This document shows positions 25,224-36,035 of a stretch of DNA of 40,306 nucleotides, in pieces. The stretch's first letter is position 1; each line of letters starts with the position of its first letter. Position numbers and translations under genes: made by a program. Location: NCBI GenBank assembly GCA_049970495.1, contig JBMFMV010000009.1:1-40306 (forward strand), read 5' to 3'. This DNA is from a bacterium (GTDB lineage Bacteria > DUMJ01). Under the pieces are notes generated by a model. It was not told the origin of the DNA, searched no databases, and saw nothing but the letters and a program-made list of their open reading frames with translations.

Positions 25224-26382
25224 ATATTCCTCCCCCTCCAGGAGATAACTTTAATGTTCCTTCCCGAGCCTTTATGATGAGCCTTGCTAAATCTCTACCT
25301 ACAACTCTAGATAGGTCTTCTTCACTTGCTTTATGTAAAACACCCATTTCACTACCGAAGGTCTTTATAAGCACATCATAAGTCTTATCCCCTATTCCAG
25401 GGACGAATTCTAGAGGTACTTGATAATAGTATGGAGGTCTATGTGCAGGATGCCTAGGCTCTGGATAGTCCTGTATCATAGTAATTCTATCTAAAACACC
25501 TATAACCATATTTTCATTACCACAGTTTTTACATACAGTAACAGGAGGGTCTTCTACAGCTATACGGTTACATAGAGGACAGAAACTTCTGTGGTATTTC
25601 CCAAGCTTAGGGTCTAATCCGTAATTTGCAACTACCATTCTTCCATCCTTTCTAAGTAGGGCAAGTAATACTTCTTTGTATGAAGGTTTCTCTATCTCTA
25701 TAATATTGTACTCTCTACCAATTCTATTTAAAGAATGCGCATCTGAGTTACTTAAGAATGAAAATTTTGATAGCTCAGCTATCCTATCTGCTAGGTCGGT
25801 GTCAGCACTAAGACCTAATTCTACTGCGGGTATCTTATCCAATGCGCTATCTTTAAATATCTGTGATAACCTTGGATAACAATTACCATATACACTTTTA
25901 TGGGGAGTAAATGCATGGGCAGGTATAAGAATTCCATCTAGACTGTTTGTAACCTCCCAGATTTTCTGAGCAGGTAATCTACATCTCTGGGTACTAAAGT
26001 TTATATTTGTTACATGTTTAGATAGAAACTTGCTAAATCTCTTTATACCTTCTAGAGTTGGGAAAAAGGCTATGTGATGGGAATTACCACCATTGGCTTC
26101 AGTAGTTTCTACCTCAGAACCAGGTATTATTAAGATCTCATCTCTAAACAGGAATCCTCCATCGGCAATTTCGACTATTTCCCCTGCTTCTACTAGTTCA
26201 TCTATATCTTTTAGGACTACTAGAGAAGCACAATCTACAATTCCTACTATTTGGATTCCTTTTCGCTCTTTACACTCTTTTGCTATATTACCAAAGGTAA
26301 GATTTTTAGCTCCTGTTACCTTTACTGCTTCTCCTCTAGAGGTACTACCTATATGAATATGTAGATCACAGAATACTCTCAT
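25174..26382 (-). CDS. Endonuclease Q family protein (YqxK/TIGR00375, PHP-like fold with Zn ribbon)
   Basis: DLHIH, IPAHAFTPHKS.YG, VELGLSADT, FLSNSDAHS...IGREYN, GLDPKLGKYH, CPLC/CKNC, GV.DRI, PGGGG.YGK. Likely ATG 26382 overlapping the nudF stop (ATGA). Confidence 0.9.
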   Translation of the reverse strand: MRVFCDLHIHIGSTSRGEAVKVTGAKNLTFGNIAKECKERKGIQIVGIVDCASLVVLKDIDELVEAGEIVEIADGGFLFRDEILIIPGSEVETTEANGGNSHHIAFFPTLEGIKRFSKFLSKHVTNINFSTQRCRLPAQKIWEVTNSLDGILIPAHAFTPHKSVYGNCYPRLSQIFKDSALDKIPAVELGLSADTDLADRIAELSKFSFLSNSDAHSLNRIGREYNIIEIEKPSYKEVLLALLRKDGRMVVANYGLDPKLGKYHRSFCPLCNRIAVEDPPVTVCKNCGNENMVIGVLDRITMIQDYPEPRHPAHRPPYYYQVPLEFVPGIGDKTYDVLIKTFGSEMGVLHKASEEDLSRVVGRDLARLIIKAREGTLKLSPGGGGIYGKVVEEKRQRQLSLF

Positions 26383-26906
26383 TTCTTTAGTAGATAAAGA
26401 CAAAAGGCAGCTAAAGTCTTACTATCTTTTATCTTATCTTCTTCTATCATCTCTTTAAAAGTATCTATAGCAAACTCCCCTAATTCTATAAATTCATCCT
26501 TATCTTTAGGTAGAGGTGAAGGGACAAATTTATCTGCGTAGAAAAGATATATCTTTTCCGTGCTATACCCCGGCGCTACAAATATCTCCCCTAGCTTTAC
26601 TAAGCTTAATGGAGATAGCCCTGTTTCCTCTCTAAGCTCTCTTATCGCGCATTCCTCCGGAGTTTCTCCTTCTCTAAAGACTCCGGCAGGTATCTCCCAA
26701 AGAATTTCTTTTACTGGATGTCTATACTGTTTCACTAGTAATATCTTATTATCTACTATAGGTAAAACTGCTACAGCCCCCCTATGTATTACAACCTCTC
26801 TAGTAGCTGTATTCCCTTCAGGGGTCTTTACCTCATCTACTGTTACCTTTATAAGATTACCGCTAAACTTAAGCGATGAATTGATAAGTTCTTCCTCCAT
26901 ATGCAT
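26379..26906 (-). CDS. nudF: ADP-ribose pyrophosphatase, NUDIX family
   Basis: REVVIHRGAVAVLP, LVKQYRHP..WEIPAG, Nudix box G.....E.PEECAIRELREETG, IKDSKT. Confidence 0.92.
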   Translation of the reverse strand: MHMEEELINSSLKFSGNLIKVTVDEVKTPEGNTATREVVIHRGAVAVLPIVDNKILLVKQYRHPVKEILWEIPAGVFREGETPEECAIRELREETGLSPLSLVKLGEIFVAPGYSTEKIYLFYADKFVPSPLPKDKDEFIELGEFAIDTFKEMIEEDKIKDSKTLAAFCLYLLKK

Positions 26907-26912
26907 AGCTTA

Positions 26913-26941
26913 ATTATACAGCAAAATTGCAGACTATACAA
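26913..26941 (-). promoter_or_regulatory. Sigma70-type promoter giving a probably leaderless nudF-endoQ-xerD-fabI transcript
   Basis: Minus strand TTGTAT(26941-26936)-N17-TATAAT(26918-26913), then 6 nt, then ATG 26906. No SD. Confidence 0.7.
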
Positions 26942-27000
26942 ACATATGAGAAAATTATTATAGTGATTTAAGATAAAATTGTTTTTAAGGAGGACGAGAT

Positions 27001-27378
27001 ATGAAAAAGGTAATATCAACAGATAAGGCTCCAAAAGCTATTGGACCTTATTCTCAGGCCATCTTGGCTGGAGATTTTGTTTTTATCTCTGGTCAGATCC
27101 CTATAGATCCAGAGTCGGGAGAAGTTAAAACAGACATTAAAGAGGCTACTAAGCAGATCATAAAGAACATTAGTGCTATACTAGAAGAATTGGGATTGAC
27201 TCTAGATTCAATAGTTAAAACCACAGTCTTTCTTACTAGTATGGAAGACTTCAAAGAGTTTAATGATGCTTATGAAGTTTTCTTTAAAAAAGACCCTCCT
27301 GCTAGGAGTACGGTAGCAGTAAAAGAATTACCAAGGGGTGTTCGATTAGAGATAGAAGCCATAGCATTTAGAGGATAA
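27001..27378 (+). CDS. ridA: RidA family enamine/imine deaminase
   Basis: APKAIGPYSQA, FISGQIP, VKTTVFL, PPARSTV.V..LP....EIEAIA. SD AAGGAGG. Confidence 0.95.
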   Translation: MKKVISTDKAPKAIGPYSQAILAGDFVFISGQIPIDPESGEVKTDIKEATKQIIKNISAILEELGLTLDSIVKTTVFLTSMEDFKEFNDAYEVFFKKDPPARSTVAVKELPRGVRLEIEAIAFRG

Positions 27379-27382
27379 AAAT

Positions 27383-27404
27383 AAGGGCGGATACACCCGC
27401 CCTT
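27383..27404. terminator. Bidirectional intrinsic terminator between convergent ridA and the rhamnose isomerase gene
   Basis: Stem AAGGGCGG/CCGCCCTT with loop ATACAC, flanked by an A-rich tract upstream and T residues downstream. Confidence 0.8.
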
Positions 27405-28597
27405 TAATCTCTCTCCCTTTTTATCCTTTCTAAATATCCACTTTCTCTTATGGCAGATATCGGATCTAGAGGAACTCCTAGCTCTTCTCTCGCTTTATAT
27501 ATTATCGGCATTACATCAGTTTCAAATGCATCTGTTAGCACTTTTTCTGCTCTTACTACGTCACCTTCTATTTGATACTTTCTTAGAGACTTCCTATTTA
27601 CTATCAAAGCCTTTGCATATGCCTTTTGAATATTCTCTACACTTTGAAGCATCTCTTCTATCTTCTGTTTTATATTGTGACTTTGATCTATCATATAAGC
27701 TACATCTAGTTTTACTCCTTCCTCTTCTGCTCCCACTAATTCATTATAGATAAGGAATAACTCATATGGGTTTATTGACCCCACAGTTAGGTCATCATCA
27801 GCATATTTCTTAGCATTAAAGTGAAAGCCACCTAGTCTTCCTTCGTCTATGAGGTAACTTACTATTTGTTCTATATTCGTCCCTAATGGGTGATGGCCTA
27901 AGTCTACTAAGACCATAGCTTTAGGTCCTAACTTGGTTGAGAGAAGATACGCCATTCCCCAATCTCCTACATCAGTTAGATAAAATGCTGGTTCAAAGAA
28001 TTTATACTCTATAAGGAGTCTCATCCCCTCTTCTAGATGCTTATAGATCTCCCTAAGGGATTCTTCTAGTCTGTGTTTCCTATCCCTTATATCATCCTGA
28101 CCAGGGTGGTTTGTCCCGTCTGGTATCCATAGGCTAATATCCCTTGAGCCCAATTTCTTGGCAATCTCTATACACTCTAAGACATGATTTATAGCCTTTT
28201 CTCTTATCCTCTTATCTGGATTACACAGACTTCCAAGTTTGTAATCATCGTCTTGGAATAGATTTGGATTTATAGCACCTGGTCTTACTCCTAGAGATTT
28301 TGCGTATTCTAATAACTCTTCCCAGTTATCGGTATAGTCCCAAGGGATGTGTAACGCTACTGTAGGGCAAACCCCAGTGAGTTTATGTACCTCTGCTGCA
28401 TCTTGAAGCTTTTCACGGACATTTCTGGCTGCGCCTTTTTGTTTAAAGACATAGAATCTCGTCCCAGAATCCCCATAAGCCCAACTTGGAGTCTCTATCC
28501 TTTGTCTTTTTAACTTCTCTTTTACCTCATCTATATCTATACCTTTTTCCCCGAGAGATTCTTTAAGAAGTTCATACCTCTTCTCATAGTTTTTCAT
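27404..28597 (-). CDS. rhaI: L-rhamnose isomerase (RhaI/TIGR02635-type)
   Basis: [72 protein letters not shown]. Divergent from rhamnulokinase. Confidence 0.92.
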   Translation of the reverse strand: MKNYEKRYELLKESLGEKGIDIDEVKEKLKRQRIETPSWAYGDSGTRFYVFKQKGAARNVREKLQDAAEVHKLTGVCPTVALHIPWDYTDNWEELLEYAKSLGVRPGAINPNLFQDDDYKLGSLCNPDKRIREKAINHVLECIEIAKKLGSRDISLWIPDGTNHPGQDDIRDRKHRLEESLREIYKHLEEGMRLLIEYKFFEPAFYLTDVGDWGMAYLLSTKLGPKAMVLVDLGHHPLGTNIEQIVSYLIDEGRLGGFHFNAKKYADDDLTVGSINPYELFLIYNELVGAEEEGVKLDVAYMIDQSHNIKQKIEEMLQSVENIQKAYAKALIVNRKSLRKYQIEGDVVRAEKVLTDAFETDVMPIIYKAREELGVPLDPISAIRESGYLERIKRERD

Positions 28598-28716
28598 ACT
28601 TTTACCTCCTGATAGATGAACTTAATATTAATGTTATCACAATTCTATAACTAGACAAGCTTTATGTGTAGAGCTATAAACTAGTAAAATATTTAGGTTC
28701 AAAATTCTTAATACTC

Positions 28717-28725
28717 TGTTATAAT
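28717..28725 (+). promoter_or_regulatory. Extended -10 promoter upstream of rhaB
   Basis: TGTTATAAT at 28717-28725, 35 nt before ATG 28761. Confidence 0.55.
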
Positions 28726-28760
28726 TAAGATAAATCTTAGTAAGTATGAGGAGGGAAATT

Positions 28761-30239
28761 ATGGATAGAAGGACTTTTTTAGCTTTTGACTTAGGAGCTG
28801 AGAGTGGTAGGGCTGTTGTTGGAATTTTAGAAGAAGACAAGATTACTCTTAGAGAGGTGCATAGATTTATAAATAGACCAGTGCGGATTATGGGTCGCCT
28901 ATATTGGAATATTACACAGATGTTTCAAGAGTTAAAAATAGGACTGTTAAATGGAATCAAAGAATTTCCAGATATTGAGAGCTTAGGAATAGATACATGG
29001 GGGGTAGATTTTGGATTTATCAGTAAGAATAATGAGTTAGTTGGTTTACCTGTATGTTATAGAGATCATAGAACTGATGGGGTTCCCGAGAAGGTTTTCG
29101 AGATAATTCCTAAGGAGAAACTTTATTCTCTAACTGGGATACAGATTATGCAGATAAATTCTGTATTTCAGCTTTACAGTATGATCCTAGAAAATTCTCC
29201 TCTATTTAAGTCTATATACAAGCTTCTCTTTATGCCCGATCTCTTTAACTTTATGTTTACTGGGAAGGTCGGTACTGAATTTTCTATCGCTACTACTTCT
29301 CAACTATACGATCCAATAAATGATACTTGGAGTAATGAGATATTTACCTCTCTTGGCTTACCTATAGAGATTATGCCAGAGATTATGCCTACAGGGACCG
29401 ACCTTGGAAATATCTTAAAGGATATAAAGGAAGAACTAGATATAGGAGACATATCTGTCATTGCTCCTGCTGAGCATGATACTGGTTCAGCAGTAGCAGC
29501 TGTCCCTGCAAAAGGAGAAAATTGGGCTTATATAAGTTCTGGAACCTGGTCTTTGATGGGTGTGGAGCTAAAAGAACCGATAATTAATAAAGAGTCGATG
29601 GATGCAAACTTTACAAATGAAGGTGGCGTTAATAAGACCTTCAGGTTCTTAAAGAATATAAGTGGTCTGTGGCTTCTTCAAGGATGTAGGAGGTCTTGGG
29701 AGAGAGAAGGGCATAGTTTATCTTATGGCGAAATAGTTAAACTAGCAGAAGAGGCTAAGCCTTTTAGGTTCTTTGTTGACCCTGATGATCCAATTTTTCT
29801 TAACCCTCCTGATATGCCTACCGCAGTAAAGGATTTTTGTAAGAGGACACGCCAGGGGATACCTGAGACAAAAGGAGAAATAGCTAGATGTGTTTTAGAG
29901 AGTCTTGCATTTAAGTATAGAGAAGTTTTTGAGAAGTTAAAGAGTCTTATAAAAAAGGATATAAATGTTCTGCATATAGTAGGAGGCGGCTCTCAGAATA
30001 CCCTTCTTTCTCAGTTTACTGCTAACGCCCTAGCTATACCAGTATACACCGGTCCTGTAGAAGCAACTGCAATGGGTAATATTATGGTCCAGGCTATGGT
30101 CAAGGGTGCTATTAAAGATTTAGAGGAAGGTAGAAGACTGATAAGGAACTCTTTTGAAACGGTAGTATATAATCCTAAGGATGTGGAAGTATGGGAAAGG
30201 GAGTATGAAAGATACTTGAATACTGCTATAATAAAATAG
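28761..30239 (+). CDS. rhaB: Rhamnulokinase (FGGY family)
   Basis: AFDLGAESGR, GIDTWGVDF, YRDHRT, HDTGSAVAAVP, YISSGTWSLMGVE, FTNEGG, FLKNISGLW. ATG 28761 follows SD GAGGAGGG. Confidence 0.93.
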   Translation: MDRRTFLAFDLGAESGRAVVGILEEDKITLREVHRFINRPVRIMGRLYWNITQMFQELKIGLLNGIKEFPDIESLGIDTWGVDFGFISKNNELVGLPVCYRDHRTDGVPEKVFEIIPKEKLYSLTGIQIMQINSVFQLYSMILENSPLFKSIYKLLFMPDLFNFMFTGKVGTEFSIATTSQLYDPINDTWSNEIFTSLGLPIEIMPEIMPTGTDLGNILKDIKEELDIGDISVIAPAEHDTGSAVAAVPAKGENWAYISSGTWSLMGVELKEPIINKESMDANFTNEGGVNKTFRFLKNISGLWLLQGCRRSWEREGHSLSYGEIVKLAEEAKPFRFFVDPDDPIFLNPPDMPTAVKDFCKRTRQGIPETKGEIARCVLESLAFKYREVFEKLKSLIKKDINVLHIVGGGSQNTLLSQFTANALAIPVYTGPVEATAMGNIMVQAMVKGAIKDLEEGRRLIRNSFETVVYNPKDVEVWEREYERYLNTAIIK

Positions 30240-30268
30240 AAAATTTCTAAAAAGGGAAGTGAATTAAA

Positions 30269-31654
30269 TTGAATAATCATGAGCTTACACCGAAGGAGAT
30301 AGTTAGAGAGTTAGATAGATATATAGTTGGACAGGAGCAGGCAAAAAGGGCGGTTGCTATAGCCATAAGAAATAGAATTCGTAGGATGAGACTTCCTGAG
30401 GAGCTTAGAAAGGAGGTCTCTCCTAAGAATATCCTAATGATAGGACCTACCGGAGTTGGTAAGACTGAAATAGCAAGGAGACTTTCTCAGATAGTTGATG
30501 CTCCCTTCATTAAAGTAGAAGCTACTAAATTTACTGAGGTTGGATACGTAGGAAGAGATGTAGACTCTATGGTTAGAGATCTAGTAGAGGTATCTGTACA
30601 GACAGTGAAACGGAGAGAGATGGAGAAGGTTAAGGCTCAGGCTAAGGTATTTGCTGAGGATAGGGTGTTAGAGTATCTTTTCCCAGACTATCAGAGTTAT
30701 GAACCCGTTAATCCTTTTGAGATGTTATTGCAGGGTGTTACTAGAAGTCAGAGTAAGGTTATCCCTCCAGAGATAAAGGAGAAGAGGGAAAAGGCTCGAG
30801 TAGATTTAAGAAAGGGTTTATTAGATAATGTCGTAGTAGAAATAGAGGTTGAGAGTTCTTCTGCTCCATTTTTCAATATACTAAGTGGTACAGGAATGGA
30901 AGACCTAGGGATAAATATGCAGAGCATCTTTGATGGTATATTACCTAAGAAGAAGACACGTAGAAAGACAACTGTCAAGGAAGCTTTAAAGATCCTAGAA
31001 GAGGAAGAGGCTAAAAAACTGATAGATGAAGAAAGCGCAGTTAGGGAAGGGGTTGCTAGGGCTGAACAATCGGGGATTATATTCATAGATGAGATGGATA
31101 AGATTGCCGGTAGAGAAAGAGGAGCAGGACCTGATGTCTCTAGGGAAGGGGTCCAGAGAGATCTTTTGCCTATAGTAGAGGGTTCTACTGTTAATACTAG
31201 ATATGGTCCGGTAAGGACTGATTACATACTCTTTATTGGTGCAGGGGCATTCCATGAGACAAAACCTAGCGACCTTATACCTGAATTACAGGGAAGATTT
31301 CCGATCAGGGTTGAGCTTGAGCCTTTAAAGGTGGAAGATTTTGTAAGGATACTAACTCAGCCTGAAAATGCCCTTATAAAGCAGTATACAATGTTATTAG
31401 CTACCGAAGGAATTAATCTTAAATTTACTGAGTCTGCAATATATGCTATAGCAAAGAGGGCTTTTCAACTAAATGAAGAGTTAGAGAATATAGGAGCGAG
31501 GAGGCTGTATACTGTTACAGAAAAGGTATTAGAAGATATCTCTTTTAATGCCCCTGACATAGGTAATGGAGAAATCATTATAGATGAGAAATATGTAGAA
31601 GAAAAGCTCTCTAGTATTCTTAAAGAAAAAGATATATCTAAATACATACTCTAG
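30269..31654 (+). CDS. hslU: ATP-dependent protease ATPase subunit HslU (ClpY)
   Basis: [77 protein letters not shown]-terminal KYIL. Confidence 0.97.
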   Translation: MNNHELTPKEIVRELDRYIVGQEQAKRAVAIAIRNRIRRMRLPEELRKEVSPKNILMIGPTGVGKTEIARRLSQIVDAPFIKVEATKFTEVGYVGRDVDSMVRDLVEVSVQTVKRREMEKVKAQAKVFAEDRVLEYLFPDYQSYEPVNPFEMLLQGVTRSQSKVIPPEIKEKREKARVDLRKGLLDNVVVEIEVESSSAPFFNILSGTGMEDLGINMQSIFDGILPKKKTRRKTTVKEALKILEEEEAKKLIDEESAVREGVARAEQSGIIFIDEMDKIAGRERGAGPDVSREGVQRDLLPIVEGSTVNTRYGPVRTDYILFIGAGAFHETKPSDLIPELQGRFPIRVELEPLKVEDFVRILTQPENALIKQYTMLLATEGINLKFTESAIYAIAKRAFQLNEELENIGARRLYTVTEKVLEDISFNAPDIGNGEIIIDEKYVEEKLSSILKEKDISKYIL

Positions 31655-34239
31655 CTACTAAGCCTTTTCTCTATGATCTCTCTTATTTTTCTTATACCAT
31701 TATCAAATGGTACAGTTAGTTTGCCTCCACCTTGAGCAAGCTCTTCCCTTCCTCCTCCACTGCCGTTAAAGAGCTTACTTACTTCTTTTATAAGCTCTCC
31801 TGCTTTTAATCCTCTTTCAACCAGCTCTTTGGATACCATAAGAACAATTCTAAGCCTTTCTCCATCTTTTGTCCCAAGAAGTATTACAGAATTTGGCAGT
31901 TGCTCTTTCACCTTGTCTCCTATAGCCCTTAGAAATTCAACGGAAAATTCTCCTACTAATGATCCAACTATATTTATACCATTTGACATTATTCTGTTCT
32001 CTATCAGCCTTTCTGCTAGAAGCCCAGCTAACAAGTCTTCTGTCTTTTGAATATATCTTCTTAGAGAATCTATCTCTTCTTCTCTCTTCTTTATGCTAGA
32101 TACAATCTCATGTGGATTACTCTTTAGTATATCTACAATCTCTTCAATTAATGCCCTTTCTTCTTGGATGAACTTGAGCGCCCTTTCTCCAACCAAGGCT
32201 TCCACTCTTTTTGTCCCTGACCCTATACTGTATATATCCTTTATTACAAAGGCTCCAATTTCTCCTGTCCTCTTTACATGTGTTCCACCACAAAGCTCTT
32301 TACTTATAGATTCTATCTTAATAACCCTTACATTTTCACCATACTTTTCTCCAAATAACGCTATGGCTCCGCTCTTGAGAGCCTCTTCTAGGGGGAGCTC
32401 CTCTATATCTACAGAAAAATCCTCCCTTATGTATCTATTTATCTCATCTTCTAAGAGATTTCTAGTATCTGAAGTTATATCTTCAAAGTATACAAAGTCA
32501 AATCTAATAAGATCTGTATCTACGAGAGATCCAGCCTGCTTTACTATATCCCCTAGATTCTTTCTTAAGACTGAATGTAATAAATGAGTCCCTGTATGAG
32601 CTCTAGCCAGAGCCTGTCTTCTATTTTTATCAATTTTTAGATAGACCCTATCTCCAAGAGATATCTTACCCTCTGCTACTTCTACCTTATGATAAATAGC
32701 ATTTCCTCTCTTCTGAACGTCTATCACATTAATTTTAGCACCATCTGATAGGATTATACCCTTATCTGCAAGTTGTCCTCCACTCTCTGCATAGAATGGT
32801 GTGATATCTGTAACAAGTTCACCTGTTTCTCCTTCAGTTAATTCTTCTATAGGATTGTCATCTTTAGTTATATAGATTATCTCTCCACTTTCTTCTAATG
32901 TGTCATAGCCAACAAATTTAGTGGTTAGATCTTCTCTAGTAGTGGTAAGAAGTACCCTTTTCCTACTAGCTCTTGCCCTTTCTCTGCTATCCTCCATTAT
33001 CTGTTTAAACCTTTCTGTATCTACCACTACATTTCTTTCTTTGGCTATTTCTATAGTAAGTTCCAATGGAAATCCATAGGTATCATAAAGCTTGAAAGCC
33101 TCTTCTCCAGATATATAGCCTTCTTTCTCAATTATATCTTCTAACCTTTCTAAGCCCCTCTGTAGAGTGGAGAGGAAGTTTTCTTCTTCCCTCTTTACTA
33201 TACTTACTATAAGCTCTTCTTCCTTTTCTAGTTCTGGATAGGCATCTTTCATTAGAAATACCACTAATGGCACTACTTTGTAAAGGAATGAGAAGTTTAA
33301 TCCGAGCTTTACTCCATATCTTACCGCTCTTCTAAGTATACGCCTTAATATATATCCTCTTCCTTCATTACTTGGAATTACTCCATCACCTATAAGGAAT
33401 GTTACAGCCCTAGAGTGATCGGCTATCACGTTAAAGTTATAGGTATTGTCATTACTCGTTTTATATTCCTTATCTGTTATCTCCTCTAAGTACTCTATTA
33501 TTGGCTGGAATAGATCGGTCTCAAAGACTGATCCAACACCTTGCACTACAAATGCCGCCCTTTCTAAACCCATCCCTGTATCTATATTCTTTCTTGGCAA
33601 GGGAGAAAGTTTTCCTGATTCCTCTCTATTGAACTCTGTAAAGACTAAATTCCAAACCTCTAAGTATCTATCGCACTCACAACCTATTTTACAGTCAGGT
33701 TTTCCACATCCGAATTCAGGTCCCAAGTCAAAAATAACCTCAGAGCATGGTCCACAAGGACCTACTGGACCCATCGCCCAGAAGTTGTCCTCTTCTCCCA
33801 TTCGGACTATTCTGTCTCGTGGAATTCCTATTTCTTTCTCCCAAATGGAGATAGTCTCTTCATCGTCCTTATAGACTGTTATCCAGAGCTTTTCTTTTGG
33901 AAGCTTTAATACTCCTGTTAAAAATTCCCACGACCATGTAATGGCTTCTCTTTTAAAGTAGTCTCCAAATGAAAAGTTACCTAACATCTCAAAGAATGTT
34001 AAATGTCTCCTAGTGTAACCTACTCTTTCTATGTCAGGTGTCCTTACACACTTCTGAACAGTTGTTATGCGTCTAGCAGGAGGAGTTTCACCTAGAAAAT
34101 ATCTTTTAAACGGGACCATCCCTGCTATAGTAAGTAGTACTGTAGGATCATCTGGAACTAGACTTGCACTGCCAAGTCTTAGATGTCCTTTAGATTCAAA
34201 AAATTTTAAGAATTCTTCTCTTATCTCACTAGATCTCAT
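31651..34239 (-). CDS. alaS: Alanine--tRNA ligase
   Basis: [51 protein letters not shown], editing motifs HTGTHLLH and [22 protein letters not shown]. Confidence 0.98.
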   Translation of the reverse strand: MRSSEIREEFLKFFESKGHLRLGSASLVPDDPTVLLTIAGMVPFKRYFLGETPPARRITTVQKCVRTPDIERVGYTRRHLTFFEMLGNFSFGDYFKREAITWSWEFLTGVLKLPKEKLWITVYKDDEETISIWEKEIGIPRDRIVRMGEEDNFWAMGPVGPCGPCSEVIFDLGPEFGCGKPDCKIGCECDRYLEVWNLVFTEFNREESGKLSPLPRKNIDTGMGLERAAFVVQGVGSVFETDLFQPIIEYLEEITDKEYKTSNDNTYNFNVIADHSRAVTFLIGDGVIPSNEGRGYILRRILRRAVRYGVKLGLNFSFLYKVVPLVVFLMKDAYPELEKEEELIVSIVKREEENFLSTLQRGLERLEDIIEKEGYISGEEAFKLYDTYGFPLELTIEIAKERNVVVDTERFKQIMEDSRERARASRKRVLLTTTREDLTTKFVGYDTLEESGEIIYITKDDNPIEELTEGETGELVTDITPFYAESGGQLADKGIILSDGAKINVIDVQKRGNAIYHKVEVAEGKISLGDRVYLKIDKNRRQALARAHTGTHLLHSVLRKNLGDIVKQAGSLVDTDLIRFDFVYFEDITSDTRNLLEDEINRYIREDFSVDIEELPLEEALKSGAIALFGEKYGENVRVIKIESISKELCGGTHVKRTGEIGAFVIKDIYSIGSGTKRVEALVGERALKFIQEERALIEEIVDILKSNPHEIVSSIKKREEEIDSLRRYIQKTEDLLAGLLAERLIENRIMSNGINIVGSLVGEFSVEFLRAIGDKVKEQLPNSVILLGTKDGERLRIVLMVSKELVERGLKAGELIKEVSKLFNGSGGGREELAQGGGKLTVPFDNGIRKIREIIEKRLSS

Positions 34240-34270
34240 ATTCAGTCTATCTCCCCTAACAACTTAGATG

Positions 34271-34303
34271 TTGATTTATTTTTGTTATATGTTATCATAT
34301 AAT
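34271..34303 (+). promoter_or_regulatory. Putative sigma70 promoter for the ABC exporter operon
   Basis: TTGATT(34271-34276)-N16-TATCAT with an extended TG, plus an overlapping TATAAT (34298-34303). No SD before ATG 34317. Confidence 0.5.
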
Positions 34304-34316
34304 CTAGTCAAATACA

Positions 34317-36035
34317 ATGGATACATTTTTACTTAGATATGTATCTAGATGGTGGAAATATTTGGTTATTAGTATAGTAGCACTTACGTTTGCTACTATA
34401 TTAAGTCTTATTACACCTCGAATTCTACAATCAGGTATAGATAGCCTTACTAAGGGAGATTCTACTAACCTTGTCCGTTATTCAATTATCATAGTTGGAA
34501 TAGCTGTAGTTAGAGGATTTCTAACTTATATTCAGAGGAATCTAAGTGGCCTTTTTACCGAAAAGATTGGAAAGGCTATTAAAGATGAATTATATGAGCA
34601 CCTACATCATGTACCAGCCTCATATTTTGGTAGGACATCTATTGGGGAACTCGTCTCTAGAGCTTCTAGCGATGTAGAAGTAGTAAAGAGATTCGTTAAC
34701 AATGCCCTTATACAGGTCTTTTGGATTTTGCTCCTCTTCTTTGGAGCTATGTACTTTATATTTACTACTAATATACAGCTTGCCCTTATAGTTCTATTGA
34801 TTTTGCCATTTGTCTCTGTAATTACTCTAAAATTTTCCAGAAGTGTAAGGCCCTTACATTTAAAGACTCAACAACAGATAGCAGTTATGACTAGGGTAGC
34901 CGAAGAAAATCTATACGGGATAAAGATTGTTAAGTCTTATGGTAGAGAGGACTATATCATAAATAAGTTTAATAAAGAATCTTTTGGTGTCTTGAATAAG
35001 GTCCTATCTGCTACAAGAATATCTGCCCTTTATTCACCGCTTATTGGGTTTATTGCTAATTCAAGTCTTCTAGTTATACTTCTCTACGGCGGAATCCAAG
35101 TAATAAAGGGTAATCTTACTCTTGGAGAGCTAGTAGCCTTTAATTCCTATGTAGGGATGCTCCTCTGGCCTATGCGCTCAGTTGGTCATATAGTAAATCT
35201 ATCTCAGAGGTATATAGCGGCTAGGGATAGATTATTAGAACTATTTAATGTGCCACGTGAGGTTGAACCTGAAAGACCTGTATTAAAGCCAATAAAGGGT
35301 GAAGTTGTTTTTGAACATGTAACTTTTGGGTATGATAAGAATAATCCTGTCCTTAAAGACATAAATCTTAGGGTTAAGCCCGGAGAGACAATAGCTATAG
35401 TTGGTTCTACTGGCTGTGGAAAAAGTACTCTTTTGGAGCTTATTCCTAGATTATACGATCCGCAGCATGGGACCATCTATATAGATGGGATAGATGTAAG
35501 AAAGTATGGTTTAGACCATCTTAGAAAACATATAGGAATGGTATTTCAAGAGCCATTCTTATTTTCAGATACTATAAGAAATAATATCGCCTTTGGAAGG
35601 CCTAATGCCACTATGGAAGAGATTATAGAGGTAAGTAAAAAGGCTCAATGTTATGACTTCATCATGAGTCTCCCTCATGGATATGATACTATAGTGGGGG
35701 AGCGTGGGGTGACTCTCTCTGGTGGAGAGAGACAAAGGGTTAGTCTTGCAAGAGCTCTCCTTATAAACCCTCCAATACTCCTCTTGGATGAGGCTACTTC
35801 TAGTGTCGATGTAGAGACAGAACTTTTAATCCATAAGGAACTAGAAGATTTTAGAAAGAGATCTACTATATTTATAGTCGCCCATAGATTGTCTACTATA
35901 AGAAATGCGGATAAGATTATAGTCTTAGAGAATGGAAGAATAGTAGAAGAGGGGACTCATGAGGAGTTGTTAGAGAAGAACGGTATATATGCTAGGATAT
36001 ACCATATGCAACTGGTAGGTGAAAATAATGCCTGA
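34317..36035 (+). CDS. Type IV ABC exporter, fused TMD-NBD subunit 1 (heterodimeric multidrug/lipid exporter)
   Basis: TM domain plus GSTGCGKST, LSGGERQR, LLLDEATS, VAHRLST. Confidence 0.94.
   Translation: MDTFLLRYVSRWWKYLVISIVALTFATILSLITPRILQSGIDSLTKGDSTNLVRYSIIIVGIAVVRGFLTYIQRNLSGLFTEKIGKAIKDELYEHLHHVPASYFGRTSIGELVSRASSDVEVVKRFVNNALIQVFWILLLFFGAMYFIFTTNIQLALIVLLILPFVSVITLKFSRSVRPLHLKTQQQIAVMTRVAEENLYGIKIVKSYGREDYIINKFNKESFGVLNKVLSATRISALYSPLIGFIANSSLLVILLYGGIQVIKGNLTLGELVAFNSYVGMLLWPMRSVGHIVNLSQRYIAARDRLLELFNVPREVEPERPVLKPIKGEVVFEHVTFGYDKNNPVLKDINLRVKPGETIAIVGSTGCGKSTLLELIPRLYDPQHGTIYIDGIDVRKYGLDHLRKHIGMVFQEPFLFSDTIRNNIAFGRPNATMEEIIEVSKKAQCYDFIMSLPHGYDTIVGERGVTLSGGERQRVSLARALLINPPILLLDEATSSVDVETELLIHKELEDFRKRSTIFIVAHRLSTIRNADKIIVLENGRIVEEGTHEELLEKNGIYARIYHMQLVGENNA

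Noticed and set aside
34240..34316. T-box riboswitch upstream of alaS
   Set aside because: The gap is only 77 nt, is shared with a divergent promoter, and has no T-box motif.
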